From Spirochaetia bacterium (GTDB lineage: Bacteria; Spirochaetota; Spirochaetia; CAKZLE01), in contig OY782041.1 in NCBI GenBank assembly GCA_963677595.1, forward strand, positions 1-64,000: DNA of 64,000 nt, in the 5' to 3' direction. The notes under the pieces are model-generated. The model made no database searches. It was not told the origin of the DNA and was given only the letters and a program-made list of their open reading frames with translations. Position 1 is the stretch's first letter; each line of letters starts with the position of its first letter. Position numbers and translations under genes: made by a program. Of this stretch, positions 50,602 to 59,873 are shown one piece after another.

Positions 50602-50715
50602 GGTATCGTATGTCCTTTTAATCAGCTGTTGTTACATGTATATGCAACTAGTATACATAAATGCATGAGAGATAAAAAGAGAATTTTACGAGAGAGCACA
50701 CTACAAAGTAACATC

Positions 50716-51047
50716 TGATCATCATCCTGCATGCATCCTGCAGTGTCCGGGAGGTGAGCCTCGAGGCTCTCGCCGCCCTGAACTACCAGATGGTCGGTGT
50801 GCATTATTCAGCCCATGCAGCCATGATCGCCATGCTCGATACCGGCAGGCATGTATACGAGGATAAGGACAACTGTTATGTCGCAGAACACTACCGTGAC
50901 ACCGGCTATAACTTCTTCACGAGCATGGTGCTCTTCGGCATCGCTGACGGCTACTGGGAGAACATCGAACGGAAGTACGTGAAGAAACCTGAGGATGCGA
51001 TGGCAGTCAGGCACCGGTACTTCTGCCGGCCTGATGATATCTATTGA
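50716..51047 (+). pseudogene. Probable C-terminal gene fragment of unknown function
   Basis: Coding-like frame ending ...YFCRPDDIY* with no convincing start; followed by a terminator-like hairpin at 51070-51099. Confidence 0.4.
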
Positions 51048-51162
51048 TTCTTGCTAACATAAAGATCACGACCCGGAGCAGCGCTCCGGGTCTCTTTTTG
51101 TCTCAGTTCCAGCATTGTTCGGTCCTGCACTTTGGAGTACAATGTTCTCGCAGGAGCCGGAC

Positions 51163-52233
51163 ATGGACGGTGTACAACGGTTCAACAGGACTATTCGGGA
51201 GCATCTCATTGACAATACCCGGTACCTCTCAGGTCGCATGGACTACATACCGACGTTCCTCAGGATCGCAAAACGACTCCGGGAGCAGGAGCAGACCAGG
51301 GAGGGATCCCTACAGGTACAGGGAGTGACGGTCCCGACGATCCTCATCATCAGCGTGACCAATGCCTGCAACCTCTCCTGTCATGGATGCTATGCCTGCC
51401 ACCAGGTAAGGGCGGCAGAGCATGAGCTCACGACCGCCGAGATCCGCAGGATCGTGGGCGAAGCCGTCTCAGCGGGGGTGGGGATCATCTTCCTTGCCGG
51501 GGGCGAGCCCCTGCTCAAGGAGGACATCCTCAGCATACCGAAAGCGTTCCGCGATACCCTCTTCGTCATGTTCACCAACGGGACCCTGCTTGATGAGACA
51601 GTCATGAACCGCATCAGGAAGCTGCGGAACCTGGTACCAGCCATCAGCCTTGAGGGGAATGACGAGACCACCAACCAGCGAAGGGGTGACGGCGTCTTCC
51701 GGGTGATCAAACAGGCTATGGCTGAACTCGATTGGAGGAAGATGCTCTTCGGGGCTTCGATCACCCTGACCAGAGAGAACTACGACGAAGTCATGGAGCA
51801 CGCATTCCTCCATGACCTAGAGAACTCCGGTTGCAGGACCCTCTTCCTCATCGAATACGTCCCCTGTGAGGGAGACCCTGAGCGCTGCCTTACGGAGGAA
51901 CAGAAAAGAGATCTTCTCGTACGGGTCGGAAGGTTCCCCAGTGACTACCGCATGCTGCCAGTCGCCCTCCCCGGGGATGAGTCGAGATACGGGGGCTGTC
52001 TCGCCGCAGGCAGGGGATTCCTCCATGTAGGGAGTGATGGTTCTCTGGAAGCCTGTCCGTTCGCCCCCTACTCCGATGTGAACCTGAAAGATGTATCGTT
52101 CATCGAAGCCCTCAGGTCAGGGCTGCTCAACCGCATACGGGAGCACCATCACCTGCTTGAGGAGGCTGAAGGGGGATGCGCCCTCTTCGAGAACCGTGAC
52201 TGGGTCGAGGGACTGCTCAAAGGCAGGGAATGA
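51163..52233 (+). CDS. Radical SAM protein with SPASM/twitch-like C-terminus
   Basis: TNACNLSCHGCYA, GGEPLL, FTNGTL, GCLAAGRGFLHV...EACPF; AGGAG RBS. Confidence 0.9.
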   Translation: MDGVQRFNRTIREHLIDNTRYLSGRMDYIPTFLRIAKRLREQEQTREGSLQVQGVTVPTILIISVTNACNLSCHGCYACHQVRAAEHELTTAEIRRIVGEAVSAGVGIIFLAGGEPLLKEDILSIPKAFRDTLFVMFTNGTLLDETVMNRIRKLRNLVPAISLEGNDETTNQRRGDGVFRVIKQAMAELDWRKMLFGASITLTRENYDEVMEHAFLHDLENSGCRTLFLIEYVPCEGDPERCLTEEQKRDLLVRVGRFPSDYRMLPVALPGDESRYGGCLAAGRGFLHVGSDGSLEACPFAPYSDVNLKDVSFIEALRSGLLNRIREHHHLLEEAEGGCALFENRDWVEGLLKGRE

Positions 52234-53142
52234 CTACCCTTTCAGCCGGTTCCTGCCGGCTCTCTTCGCCTCATACAGCTTCTCATCAGCCCGCTTGAAC
52301 AGGGTCCCGAAGGTATCGCCCTTCTGCACCTCTGCCAGACCGATGCTGCAGGTGAACCAGATGCGCAGCTCACCTGCTTCGAGGACCTTCTCTGCGGTGA
52401 TGATCCGTTCACAGACACGCCGTCCCTCCGCAAGCGATGTCTCAGGGAGCAGGATCGCGAACTCCTCACCCCCGACCCGTGCCGGGGTGTCCTCGAAACG
52501 CAGGGAGCCCTTGAGGAGCTGGGAGAACTTCTCGAGTACCCTGTCCCCGATATCGTGACCGTACCGGTCATTGACCCGCTTGAACCTGTCCAGGTCGAGG
52601 ATCGCTATACAGAAGCTGGTACCGTGCCGCTCGAACCGGTGCAGTTCATCCTCTATGAGGGAGATGAACCTCCTGCGGTTAGGCAGGCCGGTGAGGAAGT
52701 CAGTCTCCGACTGCTGCTTCAGCTGCGTGTTCAACTGTTCGATCTGCTGCTTCTGACGTTTCTCGACCGTGACATCCATCGCCAGCCCTGACCAGCAGAT
52801 GGACTGGTCAGCGAGTTTCTGGGGTGTCGCCGTGAATTGGAGCCACACAGATTCTGCAGGGGTCCTAAACTCGCCTGACCAGTTGAACGGGGTCATGGTC
52901 CCGGCTGAGCGGTAGAGGGATTCATTCAGGCGTACCTGTTCTTCGGGCGAGAGCAGCTGGAGGGCAAGGGAGGAGTTCTCCATGATCATCTCCGGCTTGA
53001 CGCCGAGCTGCTCTAAGAAGGTATAGTCCCCATCGAGGAACTCGAAGTCCCATTCCCCATCGGGACTCAAGACGAACCGGAAGATGATCCCGGGAAGGTC
53101 CCCGGCTACCGTGTCTAACTTCACTGACTGCTTATCACGCAT
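52234..53142 (-). CDS. PAS-GGDEF diguanylate cyclase
   Basis: PAS-like N-terminus; TDFLTGLPNRR, DLDRFKRVNDRYGH, RFED I-site, RVGGEEF. Confidence 0.92.
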   Translation of the reverse strand: MRDKQSVKLDTVAGDLPGIIFRFVLSPDGEWDFEFLDGDYTFLEQLGVKPEMIMENSSLALQLLSPEEQVRLNESLYRSAGTMTPFNWSGEFRTPAESVWLQFTATPQKLADQSICWSGLAMDVTVEKRQKQQIEQLNTQLKQQSETDFLTGLPNRRRFISLIEDELHRFERHGTSFCIAILDLDRFKRVNDRYGHDIGDRVLEKFSQLLKGSLRFEDTPARVGGEEFAILLPETSLAEGRRVCERIITAEKVLEAGELRIWFTCSIGLAEVQKGDTFGTLFKRADEKLYEAKRAGRNRLKG

Positions 53143-53345
53143 GGGTTCTCTCTCTTCATGCACCCATCCCGCGATCAGGAGCTGATCCACAGGAGTGGGC
53201 AAATACTTTTTGTTCTTTCATCCGCACGTCTCCCCGCAAAGAGAAATCATGCAAACTTTATAATCATTATAATCTATTGTAGTACAGGGGATGCTGATGT
53301 ATCAAGGGGACATCAGGAATAGCGGTACATCCAACCAACCTGCTC

Positions 53346-53531
53346 TCACCTCATAGCATCCAGGTTTCCTTCCCAATGCAGCTTTCCTCTCAAGGATCTG
53401 ATCGAGTCCTGGGACTTGAATCGAATGAATATCCTGAGTGCTTCCTCAACCGTGGCTTTCCTGGATCTATTACCTGATACAGCCATCGCCTCTTTCAGGA
53501 GATCTTCATCTATGACAATATTCGTACTCAT
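53346..53531 (-). CDS. vapB: VapB-type antitoxin with no toxin gene downstream
   Basis: MSTNIVIDEDLLKEAM...SRKATVEEAL...LRGKLHWEGNLDAMR. Confidence 0.85.
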   Translation of the reverse strand: MSTNIVIDEDLLKEAMAVSGNRSRKATVEEALRIFIRFKSQDSIRSLRGKLHWEGNLDAMR

Positions 53532-53637
53532 TGCCTCTCCTTCATTGTGCATTCGTTATTGGTAGTATACACATCAGAGTTCACGTTTTCTATACTCATG
53601 CCTGTCATGAACCCCCTGCATCCTGGTCAGGCAGATC

Positions 53638-54777
53638 TTATGTACCAAGCAGATACTCGCGGAAATTGCACACGGATATCTCTTTACTGTAGTTCATGGA
53701 CTCCCCCTGATACAGCAGGAATGCCTTGGTGTCTGGATCCATGTACTTATGGAGATGTTTTACCATTCTTGTCTTGAATGTCATGGAATGCTTGATCTCA
53801 AGGAACCTGCGGCTCTTCGGGGTCTCTATGATCAGGTCTATCTCATCACCATTATGTTCCCTGAAGTAATAGAACTCCTCCTCAGTTTTGCTATGGGCAG
53901 CTCCCTTAATACACTCTGTGACGATATAATTCTCGAACAGAGGCCCTGCAAGGGGTCCATCTTCCCAGGTGGAATCCATTGCCCCATTCAGGTATGAAGC
54001 CAGGCCGGTATCATAGAAGTATAGCTTGGGAGACTTGATTATCCGCTTATTCAGGTTGGTATGATACGGTCTCAGGAGGTAGATGATGTACGAAGCCTCA
54101 AGGACTGATACCCACCGTTTTATGGTCGGGACGCTGACACCAATGGCTTTGGCATAGCTCGACGCATTGAACTGCTGTGAAACATTGGCTGCAAGGAGTT
54201 TTATCAACCGGCTGAAATCATGAAGGTCCCCTATCTGAGCAAGAGACCGTATGTCCCGCTGCACATAGGTTTCCAGATAAGAACCATACCATGCCCGATT
54301 CCCAAGGAAATCCCGCATCACCTGTTCAGGATAGCAGCCGTTCTCAATAGGAGCATTGGGATCAGGCATCTCCCGTATATCGAAAGGAAACAGGGTGAGC
54401 AGTCCGATCCTCCCTGCAAGAGTCTCGGAACTATTCTGCTGCAGTGAGAATTGGCTTGACCCTGTAAGGATGAATTTACCGTAATGCTCCCTGTCCTCAT
54501 CAACTTTCCGTTTGAGCAGCGGGAAGATAGCAGGGTATTTCTGCACTTCATCAAAGATCACCTTATCATCGTGCACAGATAAGAATCGTTCAGGGTCATC
54601 ATGCAGTTGTTCGATGACCCTGAAATCATCGAAGGTCACATAGGTATAGTGCTCTCCAAGCATCTGCTTGATCATGGTTGATTTCCCTGACTGCCGTGGG
54701 CCGGTTATTGCCACAACGGGGAATATGTCCAAGTAGTGAGTCAGGATCGATTGTAAAGTTCTTGTCTGGTATCTCAT
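53638..54777 (-). CDS. AAA+ ATPase with DUF4143 domain
   Basis: ITGPRQSGKST, FDEVQ, ILTGSS, ETLAGR, YVQRDI, KSPKLYFYDTGL, EIDLI...LEIK. Confidence 0.92.
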   Translation of the reverse strand: MRYQTRTLQSILTHYLDIFPVVAITGPRQSGKSTMIKQMLGEHYTYVTFDDFRVIEQLHDDPERFLSVHDDKVIFDEVQKYPAIFPLLKRKVDEDREHYGKFILTGSSQFSLQQNSSETLAGRIGLLTLFPFDIREMPDPNAPIENGCYPEQVMRDFLGNRAWYGSYLETYVQRDIRSLAQIGDLHDFSRLIKLLAANVSQQFNASSYAKAIGVSVPTIKRWVSVLEASYIIYLLRPYHTNLNKRIIKSPKLYFYDTGLASYLNGAMDSTWEDGPLAGPLFENYIVTECIKGAAHSKTEEEFYYFREHNGDEIDLIIETPKSRRFLEIKHSMTFKTRMVKHLHKYMDPDTKAFLLYQGESMNYSKEISVCNFREYLLGT

Positions 54778-54905
54778 ATAGACAATTTTAACATCTAATA
54801 TTAAATCCGTCTACTTTTTACCGACTCATCAGTTCATCATACCCGCAGTTTAGCGATGCAGTCGTCCCGTCGGCATGATACAATAGGCACAGAGGAGCAA
54901 ACAGT

Positions 54906-55514
54906 ATGAACAGCGAATTACAGATCGTACCGGTCTCTCCTGAGACCCATGCCGAGGCAGTGAACCTGTTTAACGGGGGCTTCCTCCCGAAGTTCAGGGC
55001 GGTCCATCCCGACCCCGAACTTCAGGCATCCTTCGCAGAAGACTTCGGCCTGATCAGGAGTACCGACAACGACTCCGATTATATCGCGGTACAGGACGGC
55101 AGGGTGCTCGGTGTCCTGCTGCTGGAATATGCAGGGATGCCGAAGCACCTCCCCTCCCTGACGAACCGACAGCTCGGGGAGAAGTACGGACTTCCCGCCC
55201 TCCTCCGAGCCATGATCCTGGACCGGATCATCCACTACCACCCTGGTCCCGGGGAGCTCTATATCGACAGCATCGCCGTATCTGAGGAGGCTCGCGGCAG
55301 GGGGATCGGATCGAGACTGCTTGAGTTCACGATCGAGCAGGCCAGGGAACGACAGTATGGACGGGTATCCCTGCAGGTGATGTTCGAGAACCCGAGGGCA
55401 AAGGCCCTCTACGAACGACTCGGCTTCCGCGTCACCTCCTCGAAGGGCTCGAGGTGGCTCAAGCGGAAGACGGGGTTCAGCGGAGCATATTTCATGGAGA
55501 AGCAGCTCCCATGA
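54906..55514 (+). CDS. GNAT family N-acetyltransferase
   Basis: LYIDSIAVSEEARGRGIGSRLL, ENPRAKALYERLGF. Confidence 0.9.
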   Translation: MNSELQIVPVSPETHAEAVNLFNGGFLPKFRAVHPDPELQASFAEDFGLIRSTDNDSDYIAVQDGRVLGVLLLEYAGMPKHLPSLTNRQLGEKYGLPALLRAMILDRIIHYHPGPGELYIDSIAVSEEARGRGIGSRLLEFTIEQARERQYGRVSLQVMFENPRAKALYERLGFRVTSSKGSRWLKRKTGFSGAYFMEKQLP

Positions 55515-56422
55515 GGCAGAGGACCAGGACTATCATCGGCTGGGTCGGTGTCTCGATCACCGTCATCATCTCCTCGGTCTGGGCCTACTGGGGATCTATC
55601 GAGAATTTCCATGAGGGGTGGTATGCCCCCTCGATCTGGGACAACCTCTTCATGTTCGTCTTCCAGTACATGATCTTTTCCATCTGCTTCGTCCTCCTGG
55701 CCGTGGTAACACTCAGGTGGAAGAAGTTGGGCTTTCTCCTCCACCTGGCCCTGGGAGGTTTCTGCGCATGTTTCTTCTCCGGGGCCTCTTTCGAGGTCCT
55801 CTACCTGACGATCATCATCCCCTTCCTGGTCCTGGGACTCCTCTACCTGGTTGGAGACCCTAACCCCAGGAAAGCAGCATACCTCATGATCATCGGCATA
55901 CCGCTGGTCATCACCCTGGCATGCTCCATCCCACTCGGGATCCGGGACGCACAGCGGGTCAATGATCACGACTTCGGCATGAGGGTCGTGGAGGGGAACG
56001 GACTCACCCTTGCCTGGGCCCCGAGAGGCCCCGGCTGGCCTGATGCGGGTGTCTCCTGGGATGAGGCCCGAATGATCTGCGCTCACCTCTCCGAGGATGG
56101 GCTGACCATCGTCGAAGAGGAACTCGGTATCTGGAGGCTGCCGACGGTTGACGAGGCGGTCAGGTCGATGCAGCTCCATGGGGAGGCAGCAGGGGGTGAA
56201 TGGGATGCATCTAAGCAGAAAGCAGTCTATGAGAGGACGCCCGACAAGGAGACCCCGCTCTGGGATGTCAACTCACCGATCATCTACTACTGGACCGCGG
56301 AGACCTCAGCAGCAGACGATAGCCAGGCGTATATCATCACCTACGATGGCGGGATCTATGACAAGAAGAAGGCTTTCGGGACGGGTTCGCAGAGCTTCAG
56401 GGCAGTGAAAGCACTGCCCTGA
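55511..56422 (+). CDS. Membrane protein with a C-terminal DUF1566/Lcl-like domain
   Basis: About 5 TM helices, then LAWA...SWDEA...WRLPTVDE...YYWT...FRAVK. Confidence 0.65.
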   Translation: MRQRTRTIIGWVGVSITVIISSVWAYWGSIENFHEGWYAPSIWDNLFMFVFQYMIFSICFVLLAVVTLRWKKLGFLLHLALGGFCACFFSGASFEVLYLTIIIPFLVLGLLYLVGDPNPRKAAYLMIIGIPLVITLACSIPLGIRDAQRVNDHDFGMRVVEGNGLTLAWAPRGPGWPDAGVSWDEARMICAHLSEDGLTIVEEELGIWRLPTVDEAVRSMQLHGEAAGGEWDASKQKAVYERTPDKETPLWDVNSPIIYYWTAETSAADDSQAYIITYDGGIYDKKKAFGTGSQSFRAVKALP

Positions 56423-56425
56423 GGA

Positions 56426-57469
56426 TCACAGCCGGTCCTCCCGCCGCTCACCCATCCCGGTGAAACCGTCGAACGAGACCGCATGGCCCTCATCATCACA
56501 GATGAAGCCGGAGTAGGTACCGAAGGGGCTGTAGTAGTCCGTCGATATAGGGCCGAGCTTCATCACGTTATGCAGCCCGTCTTTAGGTGTGAAGGTCAGG
56601 TCTACCCGGCCGCCCCTGTCCCTGATACGCCAGGGCCCCTCGAGCCCGTCCGGGCGCTGGAAGCTCACCGGAGGAAGGGGGATCATCCTCCCGTCCTTCC
56701 AGAGACAGTTCTCATTGTAGCGGGCAGGTTCGAGCACCTGGTTCCGGGTGAGGTTGAACCCGGTCAGGACCCCGTCGGTATTCGCGCAGGCAGTTGCCCA
56801 GTCATAGTGCATACTGAAGGGGTAGTACCCCTTATGGTCATCGAGGACCACCGCACCCTGCTCTTTCGTGAAACGTGTTACCTTCTCGCCGAAGCGGATC
56901 TCACCGGCTGCCGGCATCAGGGCCTTATGGGAGTAGAGCGGTCGGTTCTTCCCGAACGGCTGGAGGATCACGATGGGTTCCGTCACATGGTATGCAGTGA
57001 ACTCACCCCTGCAGGCCGGCTGGCCGCCATGGGCCTTCGCCTCGAACAAGACAGAAAACTCCCCTTTTTTGAGCCTGTTGGAGATCTGGATGCTCAGCCT
57101 GCTGCCTGTATGGCTGCATACCGAGTCACTGATCCCGTTCGGTACGGTGAACCTCCCCGAACTCCCCTTGCTCACGTACTCGTAGAGCTTTCCGGACTCC
57201 TTGTCGAAGAGCAGCAGGAGTGCGATACCTACCAGCTTCAGGTTCGATACCGCAGCCATCCCGAACCAGTGCTCATCGGCGAACTGGAACGCTTCCCACT
57301 CCTTGAGTCGCAGGGCAGTCACCCATGACGGGTATCGCTTCCCCAGCGGTCGTTTCGCTTCCAGCAGGTTCAGGCTCTCGTATGGGGCATTGTACGTCCC
57401 CATCTGGCATATTCCATCGATGACCGGGGTCTTCGGGGGCAGGGTCACCGTTCGTTCGTTCGGGCTCAT
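56426..57469 (-). CDS. DUF2804 family protein
   Basis: RLKEWE, YSHKALMP, LDDHKGYYP, YDWA, GFNL, NENCLW, DLTFTP, PFGTYSG. Confidence 0.82.
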   Translation of the reverse strand: MSPNERTVTLPPKTPVIDGICQMGTYNAPYESLNLLEAKRPLGKRYPSWVTALRLKEWEAFQFADEHWFGMAAVSNLKLVGIALLLLFDKESGKLYEYVSKGSSGRFTVPNGISDSVCSHTGSRLSIQISNRLKKGEFSVLFEAKAHGGQPACRGEFTAYHVTEPIVILQPFGKNRPLYSHKALMPAAGEIRFGEKVTRFTKEQGAVVLDDHKGYYPFSMHYDWATACANTDGVLTGFNLTRNQVLEPARYNENCLWKDGRMIPLPPVSFQRPDGLEGPWRIRDRGGRVDLTFTPKDGLHNVMKLGPISTDYYSPFGTYSGFICDDEGHAVSFDGFTGMGERREDRL

Positions 57470-57559
57470 CTCTCGTACCTTCCTCGTAGTTACTATCTAT
57501 TTTGATTATAACACAACATCTGTGCGTAATGTGCAAATTAATCATATTTCTTTTTGAGA

Positions 57560-57638
57560 CGTTACGGAAGGAAAAAGAAAGGGGGACCGCCGGAAGGGAG
57601 GTATATCGTAGGTACGTTCATAAGGGAGGGCGGTCCCC
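57560..57638 (-). terminator. Large-loop hairpin with U-rich tail at the end of the sugar operon
   Basis: GGGGACCGCC (57572-57581) pairs with GGCGGTCCCC (57629-57638); the minus-strand tail reads CTTTCTTTTT. Confidence 0.65.
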
Positions 57639-57657
57639 AAAGAGAAAAGAGGTGGGA

Positions 57658-59127
57658 TTAGAGAGAGAAAGCTGTCAATGGTCCATCTATCACAGTATCA
57701 AGGGGAAAGATAGGCCTGGTGACTTCAGCATAGCCTAAGGAGGGAAGGCATTCGTTGCTGCTGCCATCAGTCAGTGCCATGATAGCGGCTGATGCGGCTT
57801 CCTTATGGCTTGCGGTAAGATAACCGAGTTTTACCACGATCACCTTCCGCTTCATATAGTCTATATCGAGTGCGTCGAACATCTCGGTCTCGGTGAAACC
57901 GATATGCTTGTCTGTGAGGATCAGGTCGATCCCCTGGGTCTGGAGGAGTACGAGGGTAGCATCGAAACTGCCGTAATGCTCAGTGATCTCCTTAACCGTA
58001 GCAGTGAGGGTGAGCGGCCTGCTCGTCTTCGTATCGAAGAGGGCCCCCACCTGCAGGACGAGGACCTCGCCCTCATGGTTTCGGCAGGCCGCCACGGCCC
58101 TCGGGTCATAGATCCCCGCATAGAGCAGCGGGGGATCGAGGCTCGTCGCCCCCTCATGCTCGAGCACGAGCTTGAGGAAGCCGGTGCAGTCAGCGGAGGA
58201 ACCCGCAGTGGGGTTGTCCCCCGAATCTGAGAGGTAGACCGGCCCCTTCTTATGCTCGAGGGCCTTCTCCAGTGCAGCCACGGGATTCAGGGTCGTCGTA
58301 TGGAAGACGAAATCATGCCGCTTATCCCAGAAACCGGTACCCAGTTCAAGGGCGGTCCGTTCAGCGAGCTCCCGGTCTTCCTCCGTGACCACCAGGGCAC
58401 AGACACTGTTCTCAGCAGCATCCGCCCAGGGGAAGCCGAGGAGGTAGGACGCTGCAAGGATGCCGTCCCGCCGCTCTGTCTCCCGGAGGTTCTCGATCAT
58501 GCTCCTCATCGGCTCGACGCTCGTCTCGCTCTTCTCGCCGGCGATGAGCATCGGGACCCGGCACCAGCCGGTATGGAGCTTCACCCCCGGCTCCAGGGCC
58601 CTCAGGGTGAGTCGTGCCGCATGCGCTCCTGTCTCATAGCAGTCGGTATGGGGGGCCTGCTTATACCCGACGAACCCGTCGCAGTGGGAGAGCATCCGTT
58701 CGGTTACCGTCGCATGCATGTCGAGGGAGCTTAAGATGGGGATCGACGGGAAGAGTTCCCGGATCGCCTCGAGCAGGTCGCCCTCAGCCTCTCCTAGGCC
58801 CTGTATCCGCATGGAACCATGGAGGGAGAGCGTGATCGCATCGGCATCAGGATAGTCACGCATCATCGAGAGGAGTTCTGTCTTCAGCGACAGGTAGAGC
58901 TCACGGTCTATCACCCCGTTCGGCACTGCCCGTGCCATGAGCAGGGGCACGACCTCATACTCGCCCGCGCCCATGAGGGTCTCGATGACCCCGCTGATGC
59001 TGTCTCGCTTGTTCATCACGGAGAGGATCTCCTCCCCGCGGTAGATGGTGAAATCCTCGATCCCGGTGATGATCGGGTTGAAGGTGTTCGATTCATGGTG
59101 CAGTCCCGCTACCAGTATCTGTCTCAT
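57658..59127 (-). CDS. M81 family metallopeptidase/amidohydrolase (MlrC-like)
   Basis: GLHHESNTF, LSLHGSM, SLDMHA, PHTD, GFPWAD, DSGDNPTAGS, VVKLGY. Confidence 0.9.
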   Translation of the reverse strand: MRQILVAGLHHESNTFNPIITGIEDFTIYRGEEILSVMNKRDSISGVIETLMGAGEYEVVPLLMARAVPNGVIDRELYLSLKTELLSMMRDYPDADAITLSLHGSMRIQGLGEAEGDLLEAIRELFPSIPILSSLDMHATVTERMLSHCDGFVGYKQAPHTDCYETGAHAARLTLRALEPGVKLHTGWCRVPMLIAGEKSETSVEPMRSMIENLRETERRDGILAASYLLGFPWADAAENSVCALVVTEEDRELAERTALELGTGFWDKRHDFVFHTTTLNPVAALEKALEHKKGPVYLSDSGDNPTAGSSADCTGFLKLVLEHEGATSLDPPLLYAGIYDPRAVAACRNHEGEVLVLQVGALFDTKTSRPLTLTATVKEITEHYGSFDATLVLLQTQGIDLILTDKHIGFTETEMFDALDIDYMKRKVIVVKLGYLTASHKEAASAAIMALTDGSSNECLPSLGYAEVTRPIFPLDTVIDGPLTAFSL

Positions 59128-59138
59128 TGCTTTGTACC

Positions 59139-59873
59139 TCATTTCAGCAGGCTGCGTATCGCCGTGCTGTCGATGACCTGCATCTCGAATTCGGGGAGGC
59201 TGATCTTGCCGCCCATATACATATGGTCCTGTCGATAGGTCATACCGCTTTCCACGAGCCGGTTGATCAGCACGTGGAACTCCTCAGCCCCGCTCTCTGC
59301 TGCGACCCGCTCCATATTCCGTGGAGTGATCCCCGCACCGGGCATGATGATGATCCGCCCGGCTGCCTGGTCAACAAGCTGCCGTACGAGGGGGAGGCCC
59401 TCTACCACGGATGCCTCCTGTCCGGAGGTGAGGACCCGCTCGCACCCGAGGGAGATGATATCCTCGAGCGCCTTCACCGGGTCGGGCGTCACGTCGAATG
59501 CCCGGTGGAAGGTCACCCGCATCGGTCGGGCAAGCTCGATGAGCTCCCTGTTCCGGTCGATATCGACGGTCCCGTCGGGGTTGAGTACGCCGAGGACGAT
59601 CCCGTCCGCGCCGGCAGCCTTCATCGCCTCTATATCATGCTTCATGGAAGCGAACTCATCGGGGGAGTAGAGGAAGTCCCCTCCCCTCGGCCGGATCATC
59701 ACGTGCAGGCCGATCGAGATCCGGGCCTTCGTCTGTATGACGATCCCCACGGGCGGAGTCGTCCCACCCTCAAAGAGGTTGGCACAGAGTTCGACACGCT
59801 GTGCCCCGCCCTGCTCTGCCGCGATCGCCGAGGCGGTCGAGTCGATGCAGGTCTCTAACAGTATATTCTTCAT
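59139..59873 (-). CDS. cutC: CutC family protein
   Basis: LETCID, RVELCANLFEGGTTP, MIRPRGGDF, TFHRAFD, RVLTSGQ, IMPGAG. Confidence 0.93.
   Translation of the reverse strand: MKNILLETCIDSTASAIAAEQGGAQRVELCANLFEGGTTPPVGIVIQTKARISIGLHVMIRPRGGDFLYSPDEFASMKHDIEAMKAAGADGIVLGVLNPDGTVDIDRNRELIELARPMRVTFHRAFDVTPDPVKALEDIISLGCERVLTSGQEASVVEGLPLVRQLVDQAAGRIIIMPGAGITPRNMERVAAESGAEEFHVLINRLVESGMTYRQDHMYMGGKISLPEFEMQVIDSTAIRSLLK

Noticed and set aside
51163-52233. RiPP cluster around the radical SAM gene
   Set aside because: No precursor peptide, RRE domain or transporter is nearby; it looks like a common stand-alone radical SAM family.
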